From: Vicugna vicugna | Lineage: Eukaryota | Length of the DNA: 64,000 nucleotides | NCBI GenBank assembly: GCA_013265495.1 | Contig: MU058636.1 | Span: 620,001 to 684,000, forward strand | Direction of reading: 5' to 3' | Shown: positions 12,501 to 26,069 of the stretch, one piece after another | Position numbering within the stretch: the stretch's first letter is position 1 | Layout: every line of letters starts with the position of its first letter | The notes under the pieces: generated by a model | Seen by the model: the letters and a program-made list of their open reading frames with translations, nothing else | Databases searched by the model: none | What the model was told of the DNA's origin: nothing | Program-made: the position numbers and the translations under genes

Positions 12501-14989
12501 AACCCCGCCGGCTTCCCAGCTTCTGTTGCTCCTGGGAATCTTTTTCCAGCCAGGGAGCAGCCACCTTCGTTAAGATGCTATCAGAGCTCAGACTGGAAGG
12601 ACTGCTACTTAAGGGGAGTTTTACTCCAAAATAACATGATTTTTAGGAATTTCACCAAATATTCTACCTGGAGAAGACAGACCTCAGCCCCTCAAGTGTG
12701 GTCTCCAGGCCCCCATCAACCCTTCTGAAGATGAGTGAAGGTGGGAAATGCTACGAGCTGGGGGTTCCCTCTGAGGCCCCATCTGGATGCAGATGGCAGG
12801 CAGGAGCTGGTGAGCTGAAGGTGCTGGCAGAGGTGGGCCGGGTGGCTGTGGCCCCTGCTGTCCTGCTGAGATTTCTTCCACTGTGGCTCTAACCCCTACC
12901 AGGCCTGGCTTCTAAGAGGGAAGTATTTATGGGTCACAGAGACACCCCTATCAGGCCGCCCTCCTTTCATTCTTGAATTGAAAGGACACTTAACCTCGCT
13001 TGAGTGTCAGAACGTCCTGGTGCACATTCTGGAAACATGACGGTAGATGCAGCTGGACCAGGAGCCCTCCGGTAGTGACCTCTGGCCTGTGCTGACCCTG
13101 GGAGGAGAGACTGGACCAGAAATGCCTGAAACCCTCCCCACCCTAGAGTGGCTGTCATCCCGCTGGCCGGCCCTCCTCCAGCAAGACAAATGTGAGCTGA
13201 GGACGTCAGGCAGCTCCGAGCTGAAGAAACCAGCGCAGGGCTTCCTGAACGGAAAACGACAGATAAAAGAGACGGGGCCGCTGCTCCTTCATTCCAACAG
13301 GGAGTGGATGGTTCCAGATGTGAGATACTCCCCCAAAGGACATTCCCAAACAAGGCTTATTTTCCTGTCTCAGCAAGTCCCCTTCATCCCTTTCTCCACT
13401 AGTCTCCACCCCCAACAACAACAACAAACCTCATTAAAAAACAGGTAGCAATGTTCTATTTGGGCTGACAACGGCCTGGAGGGGAGCCTCTGCCAGCACT
13501 GGAGAGGCTCTTGTAGTCTGGGCACCGCCGGCGGAGGACCCGTCCTGGGGCCCACAGGGAGGGCTGGAGCTGGGAGGGCCTGGTCCAGGCCATTTACAGA
13601 AAAGTGAGCCACGAAGGCCCAAGAGTTTAAAGGCTAAGTAAGCCCTCCCCGGCCCTGGACTCTGGGTCCACAAGGATGGCGGAGCACAGGGGAGGGAGAG
13701 TTCCATGGTGGCCTGCCTGCCCCAAGGGTGGAGAAGGGCACTTACAGGGGCTCCCCATCCCTCAAGGTCAGCGCCACTTCTCGGGGCGGAGAAGCAGCCC
13801 CCGGGTGTGGCAGGACCACCGTTCCCACAGCACGCTGGGTCCAAGGACAGCTGCTGCGGCACGGCCACCTTGGTAAGCAGGAGACAGATATTACTAGAAA
13901 CGTCCCCTTCAGGAGACTAGAGGAAGAACGCTGCCCGGGCCAACCGCAGAGCTCAGCCTTGTTGCCAGAAGAGGCAGTGCCATTTGCTAGATTTTACTTT
14001 GAAACACTGCAAGGCCAGCAGCTGGTCTGGGACGGCAGCAAGGACACAGCACAAAGGGCACCTTGTGGGGCACGGGAGGCGGGGCCCGGAGAACCCTTGG
14101 GCCACCCAGGGTTTCCTCATCTTGGACCCACAGCTCCGAGGTGGGAGGAGGCCGTTCCTCTTCAGATCCCAGGAAGTCTCCGAGGCCGGGAGAGTGGCAC
14201 AGCCTCCGTGGGGAGGCTCAGGGCCCACCGGCTCTGCACCCACTGCAGGGCGCACACTGGCCTGGGGGCTCTGCCTGGTGCTAGGACAGTGGACATGCGG
14301 GTTTTGGTAGAAATGCGGGTGAGCAGCCAGACTGACATCCCAGTGGAGGCTACCCTCGGCTCTCAATCTGTCTTTACTCCCACCCCCTCCCTGCTGCCCA
14401 GCCACGACCTCAGTGGCTCCTAGGCCACCTCTGCAGACAAGCCCCGGGTCCTCTCAGGCCGAAAGGCTTGCTCTCGGCAAGAGCTGGGAAGCTAGCCCCT
14501 GGGGACGAAGGCGCAGTTTCTGCACATGATCAGAGCAGCCAGTCACCTCCAGCATCTGCTTTTGAAGTCACTTCCTGATCACCCTCCCCATGAAGACTTT
14601 ATACGTTGCTCTGTACATCTTTATAGTCCAGAAACTTCCCTTCTCAAGCCAAGTGTCTGAGTAAAGTCAGAATCCAGGATGATACACAGGCATACTCCTG
14701 ACCTCTTCTCCTTTAAGGGCTGTGAGCTAACAGCACCAGTGGTAAGTCCTAAACACGTGCAGGCGGGAGGCAGGCTTTGACTGTCGTTTTTTGATCAGAG
14801 GTCTAATTCAGCTTGTGGGACTTTTCCGTACCCCTGACCCAGAAGACTCAGTCAACAGAGCGGGTGTTACCTGTCCCTTCTGTAGGAAGGGCCAATTAGG
14901 AAGCAGAGCCTTATTCTGGGCTTCTGAAAGTTAACCCCATCCCAGACCCTCAGGACGGAGCTGCAGGCACGCTCGGGCCATGCCTGGGT

Positions 14990-15130
14990 TTGCCTACCAG
15001 CTCTGCCGCCTTGGGCAAGTCGTGATGTCACCCATGCCTCCATTTCCCCATCTGTGAAATGGGAAGAACTCTGCCGCCTGTCTCACAGCGCTGCTGGGAG
15101 GAACAGAAGAGCTGAGCATGCACAGCACAC
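14990..15130 (+). mobile_element. MIR-like SINE remnant
   Basis: ccttgggcaagtc...tgcctccatttccccatctgtgaaatggg. Confidence 0.6.
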
Positions 15131-15813
15131 ACCACATGCTCTGGACACACAGCAACTGATCCTGTCGGCTGCTGGTAGTGTTGCCATCATTTCTGGAACC
15201 AGTTGTAAAAACCAGTCTTCCTGTAGCCACTGGGCCAATTAAACACCTCTTGACTTTTTCTAGTGATTTTTTTTTCCTTTACCTACGCAAAAGTAGACCC
15301 GCCAAATACGCCTGATGTGAACGCTCCCAGCACCCCGTGCACTTTGCCAGCCCTTACTGTTAGCGTATGTTTTACCTGGCATGTTTACACCTTAATAAAT
15401 CACCCACGGGCCTGTAGCTTCAGGCTGACTGGAACCTTTCCGGCGCAGGACCTGTCCTCCCCGGGGGCTGGCAGTGGGACAGTGCGGCGGGAGCCAGTGA
15501 CACGCTGTGATTCACAGGCTGCGCCGGGCTGCAGCCCCCAGAAGTGGGAGGACACTCCCCAGCCCAGCCCAGCAGCAGCACAGAACCACCCGGACTCCGC
15601 CCCTCGGGCGCACCCTCCATCCTCCTCCTCTTTGCCACACACGCCCATGAGGATCAGCTGTCTCTGGACCCCTATCCAAGGCCACGGGGCCTGTGGTAGG
15701 AGCTTGGCCACGGTCTCCCCGTAAAGCAGCTTCTTCCAAACCCAGTGCACCGCCCCCCACCCCACCCCCCGCCAGCCTGCTCCTCACCAGGCCTCTGTGC
15801 CCTCCTCTTTCAG

Positions 15814-15911
15814 ATGGGTACGCCTTCTCCCAGGAGGAGCACGGAGCCGTCACTCAGGAAGAAATAGTCCGCGCTTACGACACCACCAAACAGAAATCGA
15901 AGAGGAAGTAA
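15814..15911 (+). CDS. ATP8A2: ATP8A2 last coding exon ([32 protein letters not shown])
   Basis: Acceptor cctcctctttcag|AT. Contains the GYAFS motif of the ATP8A1/ATP8A2 C-terminus. TAA at 15909-15911. In frame with exon 10688-10779 (C|AT = His). Confidence 0.96.
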
Positions 15912-18858
15912 GACGCAGGCCTTCCCGCGGGCTCCCCGAAGGGGCGGCGGCGGCGGCGGCACGCAGTGTTCGCGCATACCTGGCGGAAGAGGCCGGTGGC
16001 GGCAGCCAGAACACTGGGACACCCATTCTGTGGCCTTAGCCGACCGGTTTGCTAGTCCCACTCACCCCGCAAACCCGAGGGCTCCCCGCGGGGGGGCCCT
16101 TCCTTCCCTTCCAGCCCGGCTGCAGCGCTTGGCCCGCCTTTCGTTTACGCTGTTAGGAAGCGTTCGACTCTGCTCTGTCAGGTGTGAAATTAAAAACATA
16201 ATGTTTCACCAATATTTAAACATCAGTACTGGTTGTTCTGGGAGGAAGGGAAGAGGGTTTTATGCTGCCTGAGAACCCGTCTTGCGGAACTGGAGCCGGG
16301 GGCGCGCCGCTTCCTGCCATGTAACCCCCAGATAAGTCCGCGGGGCAGCACGTGAACTGCACTTTATGCAGGCCGCTCTCTTGCTGATTCCTTTTGTTTG
16401 TACGAAATTGCCATAAACCTGACTGCAGTGAAATCACAAAAACATGTATCTGGGTGGTAAGCCTGAAAACGGTTACTTGAACCTCCCTGTCACATTTGCA
16501 GCGGGGGGACCCGTTGGGTCCCGACATTCCCCTGCGTCCTCGCCAGGTGCCTCCCGGCCAGTGGCCCGGGTGCTCTCGGGCACCCCGCGCTCAGACCTGC
16601 TGCATGTGGCCCTGTGCTTGGAGCATGGCAGCTGCGGGCACCCCGACCACCACTCATCCTTCTCCCGCGGGTTCAGATGCGGATGCGAGAATCCCTTCTT
16701 CCACCGCCCTGCCCCTTCTGTAACGGAAGAAACCACTCCACGTATGTAATAGGCGTGTACCTGCCTCTTCCTGAGGACAGGGACACCTGCGGGTCAGGGC
16801 GATCGTAGAGCCCCTTTGGCCCCGCCCACCCTGGTCAGGCTCTCAAAACTCCTCTCCTGGCCTCCAGACCTCTGGATCTTGGCACCTGCTTAACTTAGAA
16901 CCCATGCTTGTTCTCTTGGGAGTTCAGAGCACGTTTCAATTTTTAGTGAATTTATAGCATGTCTCCCCAGCAAAGGAACACACCTGTGTCACTGCAGCTC
17001 TAGAATCTGAGAGCAAGGACGGGTGGGGGAGTAAGGGCCCCAGGGTGAGGCAGGCCACCCTCCGCGAGGGTCCAAGGGCACAGAGACAGTAGGGTGACGA
17101 CAGAGGACACACCCTGCAAACCTCCCCAGTACAAACTCGGAAATCAAGCCCCGGAGCCCCGGCTATCGATCAGCCTGAGGTGTCCGCTGACATGCAGTTT
17201 TAATTGAACAGCAGTCCAAACATTTCACAGAAACGGCCTTTCTTCTATGGACACGTTTCTCTTCCCCTCCCGTCAGTGTCAGATCCAGGCACCTCCCGGA
17301 ATATGAGGGGCCCTCAATCTAAAACAAGGAAAGTGCTCAGTCACTGGCTTTGGAACCTCAGAGTCCCCCTTTCTGAACTGGAGGGAACCTGGACGCCTTC
17401 GGGCGTGAAGGCTGCACGTGGAACCCTTAGTAAACCACTGGCCTGGAGGCACATCCTCTGCTCCCTGCTTTGGTCGCCAAACCAGACTTTTGGATGGTTT
17501 AACGTAAATACTTCTGGGCAGCTGCTGCCGGTTAAAAGGGCACAGTTCCTCGGGGGAGGGCTGCGCTAAATCAGGAAATGAAACAACAGGGCATTTTGCT
17601 TCCTCCCCCTTCATCTGGGAACATCCACATCTCTCTGGTGTTGAGATCATTTAAAGCATGATTTGCATTATCTAAGCACCCAAATCCCTCACTCAAGAGG
17701 TGCCCAGGCCCAGAGAGGGCTCGGGGCGGCGGGGCAAAACAACGCAGCAAACAGGTGAAGGCAGGGAAACGGCCAGTCCTTCCTCCCCAAGGAACAGAAA
17801 GGTCCCAGCACCAAAACACCCAGCAAGGTGGGTGGCCGCAGGGAGCACAGCAAGGCGGCGGTGCCCCCCCCACTCCCAAGGACCATGTCCCACGCCCAGG
17901 GGAGAGACGAACATTCGCACTGCGTCATACAAAGGCACTGGATGACGTGGTTTCATTTGCGAACTACACCTACTTGTAAGAAGGGAATTCCAGCTCCATT
18001 CTTTGTCAAACACTCGGCTCGTTCTGTGAATGACAGTGTGTGCCTGTGCGCTTGTTCGGGGCTTTTGTTTTTTATGTTATTTTTTATGTTAAAATGCAGT
18101 TCAGATCTTTCTGAGATTTAAGTGTATTTTTCAGTTCTTTTGAGGAGCAAACAGTCCCCGAAATCAAGAAACACGCACGCGGGAGCGAGCACGAGCAGGG
18201 TGCCTTTCTGTTTCCTCTCTCCCCCGATTAAGCTATCTTGTAGCTAAATGACTAAACTGGGTTTCCTGGAGTAGCAGCTGTCACCGCGTGTGATGTGTTC
18301 TATTCAGCCAGGGCCGACTCGGGGGCTGTGTCATTTGTCCTATCTTTAAATTGAGGTCAGGGTGTCACACACAAGCCCTCCCTGGGGAGGAGAGTGGACC
18401 AGACTAGGTTGCACACTGTCAGCTCAGTGGAAGCGCCACCTGGGGCCTGTCACTCTGCCACACGCTAAGTGACACTGGGGCTGGCAGGTCGGCACTGCAG
18501 GGCCTGACTCTGGACTGGGCTAAAGTGGCAGACTGCACCCAGGCCCCGCCTTGGTCTCGTCGTGCACACAGACTGCAGATTCTTGTCCGAGTTCCTGTCC
18601 TGTTCGGCCAACTCTGCAGAAGAGCAGCCCTTCCCTGCTGGCGGCCGAGCCCAGCTCCTCCGCAGCACGCGTGGCTCAGGGAGTGCTCGCTGAAAAGGGA
18701 AGGTGGGGTGGGGCTGGAAGGAGCCCCCATTTCTGCTGGGCTGTGTGATTTAGCATGTCACTGCCGACTGGGATGGCTTTGTCGTAATTTTGGGTGTTGC
18801 TAGTGTGTCTAGCCTGTCTCCAGGCAGAATATTCCAGACCTCTTGACCCATCTCCCAC

Positions 18859-18889
<31 letters not shown>

Positions 18890-21060
18890 CCTGTGCTTTG
18901 AGAAGGAGATGCTGTTTCTTTCACATGTGGAGTCATGCCCCCAGACACCAGCCTGGGCTTCAGCAGGTCACAGCTGAAAACACCGCTGGCCTTTCCCTTC
19001 CCTGGCGGGGCTTCAGGAGCTGGCGGTGACAATTCATAATCATTTGTCGAGAAACAGTGAATAACGAAAACAAACTGAGTATAAGTAACTAACTTCTGAA
19101 AATGCCTATGGACATATATTACAGACTTTACGGTTGCATTTTTTATTTTTAAAGAAAGCTCTAGTCTATAATCTCCATTGGTTATAACAATGACCCTTTA
19201 TCATATTTTCCTGAACCATAAGGAAGAGAATTTTCTATCATATTCCTGCTCCTGGAGATTTATGTCTTAGACCGCAGGCTGGATAGGATGTGTGCAAACC
19301 TCTTCTGGAGAAGGTGGTCTTCAGTTTTGAACATGTGAAAGGACTGCCCACATTTCTGCCGGGGCTTGAATTACGGCCCAGGGCCATTGTCTCAAAGTAA
19401 TTCAAGGAGTGATTTAGCCCCAGCATTTGAAACGTAGCCTTTATCTCCTGGGATCCATAAGAAATGCGACCAGGGAAACTGTGCTCAAGCAGAGTTTGAA
19501 ATAATGAGGCAAAGAAATGAGTTTATCAGGTCAAGGTAAAGGATGGCACCCCCATCGTGCTCATTAAATACTGCTTCATGCAGACGCTTCAATTAGAAGA
19601 CACACTAGTGACGGAGACAGTGAAAGCCCCCGCCCCCGCCCTGGAAGCAATGCAGCAGCTGGCTTTGCTGCTGGTGCTGCGTTGGCTCAAGACAGTTGCT
19701 GGTCCCTGTAAGTCCCGGGGGAGATGACTCAGCCGCATGTTATCCATCTCTGGATCTTGAAGAGCCAGGAGGACAGATTTCCCAGTGGGTCTTAGGCGGG
19801 GGCCCAAGGCTCCCTGTAATGACATGTGAAGAAGTGCCCTGAACTGAACGGACCGGGAACACTCAGCTCGATGTTCCAGGCTCTGTAGATTTTCTCAGCC
19901 TCCCAAACCGTCCACCAGAACACACTTCCAGTTCTCTTTCCCCAGAGCTTCACTTCATGCCAGGCCTCCTGCTGCTGCTCCGTTTAATGCGCTCCTGGTT
20001 TGCTGGGACTGAGTGCACCGTGAAGAGGGTCTTTTCATTGGGAAGAGGGCTCTGAGCTGGCAGGGCTAGGAAGCTGGTGGGGCGGAGAAGGGCTCCGCGC
20101 TCCCCACACCGAGCATGACCCTCTGCTCCCGACGGGATTCTCCTTACACCAGGCCAGCTCATCGTCAAGTGACAATCTCTCGCCCTAGCTGCCTCAGAGA
20201 CGTCCACTCCCAGGCATCAGACCAAGGAAAACAGGCTTCCAGAATCAGCCCCTCAGCCTCCCTCCCGACCTGGCTCGATGAAGGAAGACCTGTGCGGTTT
20301 AAAAGCTGGGAACAAGTGTGAGGGGCTTGGATTTACGACGAGTGGGAGGAAGCTGCAGGGACGGTGCTCTCCGAATAAGCCTGCTCAGGGAACTCGGGGT
20401 CCGGGGGCTCAGCAAGGCAGCGCCGGGACTGGGAGGGCCAGCTCCCCCTAGAGGGCGGGAGGACACCCCAGATCACGATGCGAGTGCACTTCTGATGAGA
20501 TGGGAGCCAGTCGGTCGTGCTCCCAAGGACAGCTAGGTGTATGTGCTCCAGGGGGTGGGGCCCGCGGTCTGCAGCCTCGGTGGGCCACCCTTCCTGGATT
20601 GCTGTTTGAATGACATCCCAGGGCGTCTTTCTCCTACAAGCAGAGCCACGTGCTCACCGGTCTGCTGTCACATCTGTGCCCGATGGCTTAAGTACTGTTT
20701 GCAACGGGGACGTTTTAATCTGGTTATGCAGAGAGGAGCGGGGCTGTGGGGGCACATTTAATTGGCTCCCAGCAGAGTAGGGAGCTCGGCTGTGGGGTGT
20801 GGGGTTTTTGCGGCCTCCCTCTAGAAGTGTTACCATTTTCACGTCCTATTAATGTCCTCTGGTTGTTAAATTACAGCCGCACGTTACAGTGGAGCTGGGT
20901 TCCCTCCTGGAGTGAATACAAATGAAGAAGCATTTTACTTGTCTTTTTAGAGGTTTTGGAAAATGTAGTAATTCGTGGCTTTGATCCATCCTGTTGACTG
21001 GTGTATGTCTGCACAGACCTGTTTCAAATAAATCTTTTGTTAAAGTAAATGGTTGGACCA
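15912..21060 (+). other. ATP8A2: ATP8A2 3' UTR (long form), with proximal ATTAAA 16189-16194 and distal AATAAA 21027-21032
   Basis: Follows the stop codon and is largely free of recognisable repeats. The distal AATAAA is followed by a T-rich tract (ttttatttttgaatttct, ~21063-21080). The end point is inferred. Confidence 0.6.
18858..18886. repeat. (CA)n microsatellite
   Basis: Read directly. Lies in the inferred ATP8A2 3' UTR. Confidence 0.95.
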
Positions 21061-21529
21061 CGTTTTATTTTTGAATTTCTCTCCCACTAATAAGCACTCG
21101 CTGCCACAGGGACCTTGGGCTAGAACAGAGGTTCTGTCGGCAGGCAGACACTATACATACACATAGACCTGCTGTCTTGGAGCTGACGGCCTGCAAACGC
21201 AGCTGAACGGCAGGCGTGCTGGGGAATCTGAGCTGCAGGTGAACACGGGTTCGGCTACTTCGAGGCCAGGCCCCCTGCACGAGGAGAGGGTCCAGAGGGC
21301 CACGCCGAGTGCGGGCTGGCAGGCAGAGGGGAGCACTGGGCACAGGCCTTCTCCACCAGGTGCTTTATTCCCTCTGGCTCATCCCTGTTTCCCTGCCAAC
21401 TGAGACGTGGCAAGTTCAGATTCTATTATTGAGCATGAAATCACAACGCTGTTATTGAAGGGGTTCAGAACCCGCACCCCCAAACCTACCCCTCCTGGCG
21501 TAACGACCGAGTGGAAAGCACCTGAGAAA

Positions 21530-21880
21530 CAGCAGGTGCAGGAAGGGCTCACTGCCCCCTCTTCGGCCCAAAAGCAGGTCCTAACATTTCCCGTGAGAAA
21601 GACACCCTCCCTGCACCCGGAGGAAGGCAGTGAGTGGACGCAGCGCAGGCCTGTACAAACCCCTGTGAAAGACCCCCGAGCTGCCCGTCACTGTCCACAG
21701 TTTGCTGCCACCAGCCCAAGCCCCTTGGCTCACGCGCACATTCATCTTCGTAGAAAACAGCAGACAAGCTGCTGGGCTTAACAGCTTCTTGGGGTCTTTG
21801 TTTCCCTTCTGAAGACTCCCGTGTATGCACAGAAATATTAAATAAATGTGTATGCTTTTCTCCTGTTAATCTGTTTTCAG
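21530..21880 (+). mobile_element. ERV1-type (MER4-group-like) LTR remnant
   Basis: Ends in aataaatgtgtatgcttttctcctgttaatctgt, characteristic of this LTR group. Also contains cttcttggggtctt...ttctgaagactcccgtgt. Confidence 0.6.
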
Positions 21881-24499
21881 AAAGCAGTTTCTCCTCCCTT
21901 ACACTGTTTTTAAGGGCGGGCAGAGAGCTCTGCCTGTTCCCTACAGGCATAACGCATCGCATTCGGTATGAGACCCCCGCCTTGGGGTCCCTGGGATGCC
22001 GAGTTCACACCGCAGAGGCTGCACTGAGCCTGGGGAACCTGGGGGCCAAGGGGAGCTGAGGGCTGAGTGTCCTCGCCAGAAACCCGACGGCCACTCACCT
22101 GGCTTTGTCTGGGCAGCGCTACACATCACCCGTGCGCAGGGAGGATGGAACCCGAGGTTCAGGACAGACGGGGACTAAAGCCTCTGGAGACGGTTCCCTG
22201 CAAAGGCTTCAGTCTGGAGCCCAGAGATCTCTCAACGGCCCACTTCGAATGTACTACACTCCCCGGTGGATGACTCCTCCCAGACGGGCCATGTCCCCGG
22301 AGAACCAAGCCTGACCAGAATCGCCACCCTGGGGGCCACGTCCACAGGCAGGGCAGGGGCAGGGGGCCAGCCTCACTCCCAGGCAGACTCCTGTAGCTCT
22401 TCCTCCGCCTGGCCTCTTTTTTTTATTATTTTTTTTTCAAATCACGGAAAACAAAAACGACTTCACACAATCAGCAGCGAAGTGTGGAATTCCAACCGCT
22501 GCCATTTCTTGGCCGCGTCTACAAAACCCGCCTTTGCCAGGGTGTTCCCTGGAACGAGCCTGAACCGCAGGGGGCCGCCAGCCGCTAGGACGGGTGCAGA
22601 CCCTACATTTCTGCCTAAGGTGATGTTCTTCCAATAGTTCTCTCTCTAGAAAAGACTCGGGAAACTGGGGGAAAAAAATCAGTCAGGGCCTGCTCTTTAT
22701 TTTCAGTGTTTCCGTAAGACACACGTGTGAGGGACTGAAATGTTGTCAGAGGAGCAGGGCACGTGGCAGGAGATGGCTCCCGCCTCCAACGCCGTCCGCC
22801 TTCACTCTCCCCATGTGACTCTTTCAAAGGAACTTTCCAGCAATTGTTGAAGAGCCAAGCAGTCGTTCCTGGACTAGAGATGGAGGTCTGGGACTTCACC
22901 TTTTCCCAGAGGACGAAGAAACAGAACCCCTCCACCTACCAAAGCCAGACGCACAGAACGCCGAGACCAGCCCCCGAACATTAAGCTTTCGCTTATTTAA
23001 AGTAGGCCAAACACATAAATCAAACGATTTAAAATTCCTGAGGGTTGGCCTCAAAATCTCCATCTTCAGCTGCTTGTCTCTTTTTGCAGTTAACTGTCCT
23101 TGATTTCAGATTCCAGAGCGATGGACGCTCAGAGAAAGGGTGCGGGACTGTCCCCAGAGCCGAGGCTTGGCCCGACCCTGAGCTGGAAGGGTCCGTCCCT
23201 GGAGTTTCTCTAGGACTGCTGTTACAGTTGCTCACAGAGTTTAATGCGACCTGTCCTCGGTCCCCTCAGCTAAAGAACTATGTTTTGATTTGAAATACTC
23301 TAAATGAATTGCTGAGAAATTCTTCCCAATTGTCTTCCAACAAAACGGTTGTGCATACATTGTGCCCTTTCAAAGCCCTCTTGCTGACCTGACACATCTT
23401 GTCTGCGGCTGGGGGGGAGGGGACGGAGAATGGCTGGCTGTCCCCCGTGCTTTCCAATGGCCTTGAATGGAGTACATGAGTGGCTGCCATGAGCTGAAAC
23501 AGACCAGCCCTTCAGCCGCAAACAAAACTATTCAAGTCACTTTTTCCCCTTCCCGGTGTTAAGAGAAGCCGCTGCATGCAAATCGCTTACAAATACGTCT
23601 GCAGGACAAGCCCTAGAATTTGTTTCAATAGTTGGTTTAAAACTGCCTGAGGGTGGGGGAGCCCCTCACTCCTCACTGCGTCCAAGCAAATTTGTTTAAT
23701 ACTTGAGCTGGAAAACGTTTTAATGCAATTCTGCTTTCCAGTTCATTTGACGACCAGCCCCAGCAGGCTCGTTGCGGACCTGGAGCCGGGGCGCCCCACA
23801 CCCACCTGCCCTAGTGCATGGGGGAGGCCTGGGCGGGCGCGCACAGGAAGCTTCTGGAACCGCGTGTGCATGAGTGCATGCCTGTGAAGCTTCTGCAGGA
23901 GGGACCGAAGCAGACGCAAACGTCCATGAGCACAAAAGAACAAAACTTAACCTTGAGAATTTGGCAAAGCAGCCTCGACAATGCCATGGAAGGTATGTGA
24001 GGGCTGAACCCACATCTTATTTTTGGAGATGGGAGAAAACCCACTTCTGGCAACTGTGTGCAAAGGGAAAACGCTCAGGGCCCTTTCAGTCCCAGCCACC
24101 CAGATGGATGTTTGAGAACCTGGGGCCTTTCCAACAAAACTGCGGAGGCCCCAGCTCCAGGGGAAAGGCCTTGGCCGCCGGGAGGGGCCCTGCGGTCCAC
24201 GTGAGCTCCAGGGCCATGACGGAAGCAAGATCTGCTAGTGACCTTGAACTCCACATTCCTGGGGGCTCCAGCTTGGAGGGCTGTCCCCACCCTTCCCCGC
24301 TGCTCTGGGGACCGCCAGCTGTCTTCCAGGCTCTGGAGATGTACCAGAAGGTCCACCATCTACCATACCCCCCCCCAAAATATTAAGAACCACAAATGCA
24401 ATGAGCAACAGACACAGAGCAAAGGAAAGTATAACCCGATACCTCGCCCCGCGGTGCGAGCCCTCACACCCGCAGACTTGGGGGTTCATAACCACCCAC

Positions 24500-24735
24500 A
24501 TCCACCTCCCACGGTTTCAGAGGCTGATGTTTCAGATCAGTGTCCAGTCGGGATTTGCTGTCCAAGTCACCGCCAGCCGCCCACTGGCTGCATCCTCACA
24601 TGGCAGGAAGAGTTTTTTGAATAAAAGCATTAATCTCCCCACAAGGCGCCACCATCCTGGCCTAATCACACCCAAAGGCCCCACCCCCAACATCATCACA
24701 CTGAGGGTGAGCCTTTCAACATAGGAAGTTCTGGG
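24500..24735 (+). mobile_element. MaLR LTR (MLT1A-like) remnant
   Basis: cctcacatggcag...taaaagcattaatc...cctaatcac...aaaggccccacccccaacatcatcacactgaggg...tttcaacata. Confidence 0.65.
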
Positions 24736-26069
24736 AGGTGCGGCGCCAAGTGCCAGTGGACGCTGACTGTCCCCGACCCGGGCTCCGCGGCCCATCACCA
24801 GGTCCCCGGGTCCCCGCATACTGATTAGTCTTCACTCACCCTACTGTCCTCCTCTTGTCAAACCACCTTTTTTTTTTTTTGGTACCGTCAGTTACAACAT
24901 GTCAATTTTTGGTGTCCAGCACAATGTCCCAGTCATGCATATACACATATGTATTCATTTTCATTTACTGTCAAACAGCCTCTTAAACCTTCTGTGACTG
25001 GATGTCCCTGTCAGCCATACAAACAGGTGACCACAGAGGGGACAACAGTGTCTTTTCTCTTTCCCACCGGATGGAAGTCTCTCTGCTCATCACCAAGAAA
25101 CTCCACCTCAACCAGAGCTCAAGGTCCATCAGAGCCCCAGGATCGCCCCAGGACCACCTCAGGCCCACCTGCCCATCCGATCTCCTCATCGTGCCCCCAC
25201 CCCACAACCTCCCCATCCTTAGAGGCTTTGTCCCCAACAGCCTCCTCCAGGAGCTCATTTGGGACAGCAGTGCTCCCACACACCCCAGGCCCTCCAGGCC
25301 ACACCCTCCTACACGCCTAAGCCCCATGTCTCCAAGAAGCCCAGAGACTTCCCCACGTGAGGCCCATGTACGACACGTGCAGGTGGTGGGGCATGTGGAG
25401 GAGGCCAAGCCCTCGGCCTCAGAAGTCTGGCCAGTTACTAACCTCATGACCTTGCAGAAGTCGCATGGCACCCCTGCACCTCAGTTTTCTCCCCTGCAGT
25501 ATGGAGACTCCCCCTGGGCTCCTCACAGGCAGTGGTGAACAGTGACCCACACTGGTATAGCCCTGCACTGCTTCCACAACAGCTGGGAAAGATCCGCTGC
25601 CCCATGAGTAAAGGGGCAACTGGGTTCCCCACCACCTCCTCTGGACCTTTCTGCAATCCAGCAACTAAAGGGCAACACCTCCTGGGGGCGAGGCCACTCC
25701 TGACCCCACGAGGCTCTCATTCTCTATGACCAGTCAGTGCCTACTGCCATCAGACTCATGAATACTCTTAAAATCACACCTGGTGGTGAGATTCTCCATT
25801 CACTCCTTCCAGAACTATGTTCCGCACACGCTGCTAAGTGCTAAGGGTGCAGACAAACACAGCATCCAAAGAGCTCAGCCCAGCAGAGGAGACAGACGTG
25901 CCAATAAACTGAACACAGCCTGCGAGTGTTTCCATTATCTGTTATTACAGAACAACCACCTCAGAACTTGGTGGCTCAAAATAACAGCAGGTTCCTCAAA
26001 AAATTAAACAGACTTACAATATGATCCAGGGAATAGATCCGAAAGAATCAAAAGCTGGGATTCAAACAC

